The notes under the pieces: generated by a model
What the model saw: only the letters and a program-made list of their open reading frames with translations
Told to the model about the DNA's origin: nothing
The model's database searches: none
Translations under genes and position numbers: made by a program
Origin: Eledone cirrhosa
Lineage: Eukaryota
Assembly: GCA_964016885.1 (NCBI GenBank)
Contig: OZ024743.1
Location: forward strand, 200,198,001 to 200,262,000
Reading direction: 5' to 3'
DNA length: 64,000 bases
In this document: positions 58,666 to 64,000 of the stretch, one piece after another
Numbering within the stretch: position 1 is the stretch's first letter
Layout of the letters: every line of letters begins with the position of its first letter

Positions 58666-59070
58666 GCGATGGATTGGCAGTATCGGTAGAGAGTCGGACA
58701 CCATGCTATGCAGCACAGAGTTACGGCTTTTTACGTTCTGAGTTCAAATCCCACCGAGGTTAAATTTGCCTTTCATTCTTACGGGGTCGATAAAATAAAG
58801 TACCAGTCATGCACTGGGGTTCATTTAATGGACTTTCCCCTCCCTAAAATTGCTGGCCTTGTGACTATATAAGAAACCATTATTTGGTCATTGGCTGTAT
58901 CGGTAGAGGGTCGGACACCATGCTTTGCAGCACAGTTACGTCCCTTTACAGACTGAGTTCAAATCCCGCCGAGGTTGACTTTGCCTGTCATCCTCACGGG
59001 ATCGATAAAATAAAGTACCAGTAATGCGTGGGTAATTGCTGGTTTTGTGCCATAAGTAGAAACAATTATT
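58666..59070 (+). mobile_element. Two tandem tRNA-derived SINE copies (58666-58884 and 58891-59070)
   Basis: A-box TGGCAGTATCGG, B-box GTTCAAATCC, shared core and agaaac(a/c)attatt ends. Confidence 0.88.
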
Positions 59071-59679
59071 TGGTCATAAACCATGTTTCACGTTGCTCTG
59101 GTAGAAGCAACAGAAAATGAATTGTACATGTAAGTTTAACTGTGAGACTGGTCATACTCTGCGTTGTGTGGAATCTTTCTGTAATATCTGTTAAGCGTAC
59201 GTAAGTCTGTGGGATACTCAGTCACTTGCACGTTAATTTCTCTCAATTGTGACGTTCGCCATGTATATATATATATGCACATATATATGTAGTCCTAACA
59301 AAGTTAGGACTACATATAGTCTTGAAGTAATAACTCTAAAGTGATCAAGTCATGAAAGGTTTTGTTTTTGTACTAGGCTTTCATCATATCGGATTCTAAA
59401 CGAGTGTGTGTGTGTGTGTGTGTGTGTGTGTTGAATAATGAAAACAAAAAGTAAAGATTAGTGCTTAATCAGTTCAATGATTAAGCACCAATCTTCGCTT
59501 TTTGTCGAACAATCAATGATGAAGAGTATCAATTAGATAAATGGAGACAAAATGAAACAAAAGGTAAGTGATGCACAGAGAGTAAAAACTGGGCTAGTAG
59601 TAGCCGGATTTACATGAACAGGAAACTGCGTTATCAATATAATTGTAGAATCATACACACACATACACACTCACACACG

Positions 59680-59797
<118 letters not shown>

Positions 59798-60240
59798 TGT
59801 TTGAGTGTTTGTGTGTTATCATCATCATCACCGTTTTATGTCCATCCTTCCACGCTATCATGGGTTAGACGAGTTGTCCTGTTGAAGGCAATGCCAGATC
59901 GGGTGACCATGCCTTGCTCATACGGGAACTGATTTTGGCTTGAGTTCTACAGTTGAATGCCCTTAACGTGGAGCCTACACGACCACTTTACAGTGTGGAC
60001 TGGGTGCTTTTTTGTCGTGACATCTCCACCACCACTTTGCAGTGGGAGGGGCTGGAGGCATATTGTCTATATGCTTCAACTTCGGCCTGCACCCGTGTAT
60101 ATATATGTATATATATATATATGTATATGTGTGTTGTGTGTGTACGTGTGTGTGTGTGTGTAAGTATACAAAAAGCAAACAGAATAACAAAGTGAGAAAT
60201 ATATCACTAGTTTTACATTTGATATAGTAGGAAAAGTGCT

Positions 60241-60275
60241 TTAAAGTTTCGGACGCTAATCCTTCATCAGGAAAT
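60241..60275 (-). ncRNA. Degenerate minimal hammerhead, family H
   Basis: Reverse strand CTGATGA-aggattagcgtcc-GAAAC-ttt. Confidence 0.5.
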
Positions 60276-60861
60276 AGAATGAGAAAAGAAATAGAAAGTT
60301 AGAGGAATCTGAGCAATGGGAGAAACGAGAGAAGAAAAGAAACAGATATATTCCCGTCACCATTTCTTGGAAAACCGTTGATGTTGGTTTAGGTTTTCCA
60401 AGAGTGAATGAGTGAGAAAGGGAGAGATAATGAGAGAGAGGGTGAATAAGAGAATCAATGAGAGAAAGAGGTATAGTTACAAACACGGACGTACATATGT
60501 ACATATGTGGATGCATGTCTGGTTACAAAGAAAACTATAGGAGCAGGGGAAGAGAAAAAGAAAGTGTGTATGTGTATAGAGATAGAGTTAGAAACGAGAA
60601 GAGAATGAGAGATGAATTCAAAGACGATATATAACGTATATATGACATGGATCGGAGAAAATAATGTACAATTACTTTTAAACAGATGCAAAGACACGAT
60701 CCGCACGCTCTCATGCATATTCTAGCATACACATAGAAATGTAACCGTAAATCTTTGACATACACATACTTTCTCACTCGCACACACACACACATATATA
60801 TATATGTATGTAGCTAATTCATCTATTCATGTGTGTATGTACTTATAAACGTACGTATATC

Positions 60862-60930
<69 letters not shown>

Positions 60931-60939
60931 ATATATATA

Positions 60940-60988
<49 letters not shown>

Positions 60989-60993
60989 ATATA

Positions 60994-61082
<89 letters not shown>

Positions 61083-61083
61083 A

Positions 61084-61168
<85 letters not shown>

Positions 61169-61890
61169 GTATATATATATATGTATATATATATATATGT
61201 ATGTGTGTGTGAGTGTAAGCATATATATATATATATTTATATATTTATATATTTATATATATATATGTATATACATATATATATATATATGTATATATAT
61301 ATATTTATATATATACATTATATAAACTACAGTACATGGAGAAGAAGAAGAAGAAGAAGAAGAAGAAGAAGAAGAAGAAGAAGAAGAAGAAGAAGAAGAA
61401 GAAGAAGAAGGAGGAGGAGGAGGAAGAAGACAATTGAAGAAAATAAACACAGCGGTATCAGTCGGTATATACACCATTAACAGGGTCAGTTAAACTGTAT
61501 TGAAGAACCAGGGAGAGAAAGTGGCACTTTGTGAACCCTCTCAATCTCCAAAACTAAATTGGAACAACCGAAACGCCCCGCTATTTCGTGTGTTGTCTTT
61601 TGCTGATGTTGTTGGTGTTGTTCATGTTCGCTTTTGTGCAGTCTATCCCAGTGCGTTTCTTTCTTCTCATGACTTTAGTACAAATAAATAACAACTGAAC
61701 GATTGAAAGCCACACCAGATACATTTCTCTGTCACTACTACTACTGACACTACTACTACTGACACTACTACTACTGACACTACTACTACTGACACTACTA
61801 CTACCACTAACAACGTCGCCACTACATATATATATATAAAACCTCGCAAAACTAATTCATCGCCGTTATATATATATATATATATATATA

Positions 61891-62085
61891 TATAGGAACA
61901 AGTATGACCCCGACGGCAGAGCTCAAGCCGTTGCGGCGGCTAATCCAGTCCAGAATTAGCCGTCGAAACGGCTTGAGCTCTGTCGTCGGGGTCATACTTG
62001 TTCCTATTACCCACTCTACTACGCTAAGTATTGAGTACTTTGGTGCGTTATGGTCTATCTGGTTCCTTACCACATTTCCTTCGTT
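61891..62085 (+). mobile_element. Fold-back insertion, family A
   Basis: Inverted arms plus the conserved tail, in (TA)n. Confidence 0.9.
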
Positions 62086-62155
62086 ATATATATATATATA
62101 TAGTGAAATTAGATAACAAGGACGATTGGTTACTCCTTCATTACGTTTGTTGGTT

Positions 62156-62240
62156 GGTGACGCGCGTTTCACCACTGATCAGCTCAAAATTCGATCTCTA
62201 TCGATCTGACCCGACTCTGTAATCCGCGGCTCGTCAGACC
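62156..62240 (-). ncRNA. Type I hammerhead with large stem II insertion, in a pLTR-like segment (about 62102-62515)
   Basis: Reverse strand ggt-CTGACGA-gccgc...gtggt-GAAAC-gcgc-GTC-acc, preceded by ccaatcag and tataagg. Confidence 0.7.
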
Positions 62241-62515
62241 CCTTATAATGTTAATAGAAAAATGAATACATGCTGTATGATAAAGTCAGAAGTTCCTAAG
62301 GTGGTCATTAAAGTTTGTTCTGATTGGTGGATTAATTCATAAGCATGTTTTTGCCTGTAGTGTATGTGGGGCAGGTGAGTGTGGTGATTTGTTGGTGGTG
62401 ATGGTCGCAGGTTGAAGTGTGCGGCATGTGGGGGTGCTGATTGTCGGTAGACAGTTTGGCATGTAGATGTGGCTGATTTTTGTGTGTGTATGGGCGTGGT
62501 GTTGTTGTTTTTGAT

Positions 62516-62824
<309 letters not shown>

Positions 62825-62919
62825 CACATATATTTGCGTGTGTGTGTGTGGAAGCAACAAAACAACATATGAAAATGACAAAGTATATTAGTTTAAAGCT
62901 TGATATAGTACAAAAAGAG

Positions 62920-62955
62920 TCTTAACGTTTCGGACTCTAGACTTTCATCAGAAGA
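62920..62955 (-). ncRNA. Minimal hammerhead, family H
   Basis: Reverse strand tctt-CTGATGA-aagtctagagtcc-GAAAC-GTT-aaga; stem I tctt/aaga. Confidence 0.6.
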
Positions 62956-63060
62956 TAGAATGAGAAATAAAAGAGGATATAGAAAAATAGAAAGTGAGAA
63001 AAAGTTGAAAAGTAAAAATTATTTTTGAAAAAAAGCACGTGTATATTCAGTTAATCAAGC

Positions 63061-63113
<53 letters not shown>

Positions 63114-63145
63114 AACACAGAGCTGGCATATCTAAGTACTGACTA

Positions 63146-63201
63146 ACTGCCTGATGAAGTCATAGCCATTCAATGGCTATCATCAAAATATATATAGCAG
63201 T
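63146..63201 (+). ncRNA. Hammerhead relic with GAAA mutated to AAAA
   Basis: actgc-CTGATGA-agtc-atagccat/atggctat-catc-AAAAT-atat-ATA-gcagt; perfect stem I. Confidence 0.6.
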
Positions 63202-63242
63202 AAATAAAAGATTATAAGTTCATGCAATTGACTTATGTTTCG

Positions 63243-63364
<122 letters not shown>

Positions 63365-64000
63365 GTTACACACTCACAGACACGACGCTTACACGCACAA
63401 ACTCACATACACACACACATATTTGTATATATATATTTATTTATCTATCTATATCTATATATATCTATGTATGTATGTATGTATGTATGTATGTATGTAT
63501 GTATGTATGTATGTATGTATGTGTATGTCTGTGTGTGTGTGTGCACGTGTCTATGTGTCTGTGTGTGCATGTGTGTGTTTATACCGTATACATTTCAATG
63601 TGGAAAACGTTGCTATTAAAGTAAAATTAGTGAATAAGCTTGCAAAATAACATTGTTTCCGCAGTGATTGATTATCGATGCTAAACATAGGTGTGAAAAT
63701 CCAGTTCAAGCGAAACAAAAGTGTTGTTTTTTTTATAAACACACGCTCACATACACAGTGCATGTGTGCATGTGATGGTGGGTGGGTTTCTGAGTGATTT
63801 GTCTACACATAATTTACGTATGTTCTATCCAGTCCAACTAATTGGCTTCATAATTGTTTGGCTTATACTCATTGATAGTCTTCAATATTTCCGTGTTAGC
63901 CAGATTCATGATGCGTGTTGGAACGTTAAAGATTTAGAGCATGACTGCTTATTCCGTAGACATCTGTAATCTTAAGGTAGTTCTCAACGATATTCAGCCT

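Noticed and set aside
58666-58760. tRNA gene
   Set aside because: The A/B boxes belong to a multi-copy SINE head; no complete cloverleaf.

Overview
This is AT-rich eukaryotic DNA saturated with (TA)n, (CA)n, (TACA)n and (CAT)n microsatellites. The repeat content suggests a mollusc, probably an octopus or other cephalopod (inference only). Most ORFs in the track are translated microsatellites. The real coding remnants are retroelements: two Penelope-like elements (RT plus C-terminal GIY-YIG), a near full-length L1/Tx1-type LINE, RTE-type LINEs and R4/Dong-like restriction-endonuclease elements. There are also tRNA-derived SINEs, a non-autonomous Helitron, Tigger/mariner relics and 31-bp and 45-bp minisatellites. 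A small spliced host gene may lie on the minus strand near 12-17 kb. The main signal is about 13 fold-back (palindromic) insertions, most sitting in (TA)n tracts and belonging to several unrelated sequence families. Each has two inverted arms plus a one-sided tail. Many carry type I hammerhead ribozyme motifs (about 14 loci, two with a compensatory U3-A8 core). Tails of unrelated families share an ACTC...GAGT(A/G)C(T/C)T hairpin just beyond the arm breakpoint. One family is directly linked to an RT/GIY-YIG-coding Penelope-like element in the same window. All coordinates and foldings were read by eye.
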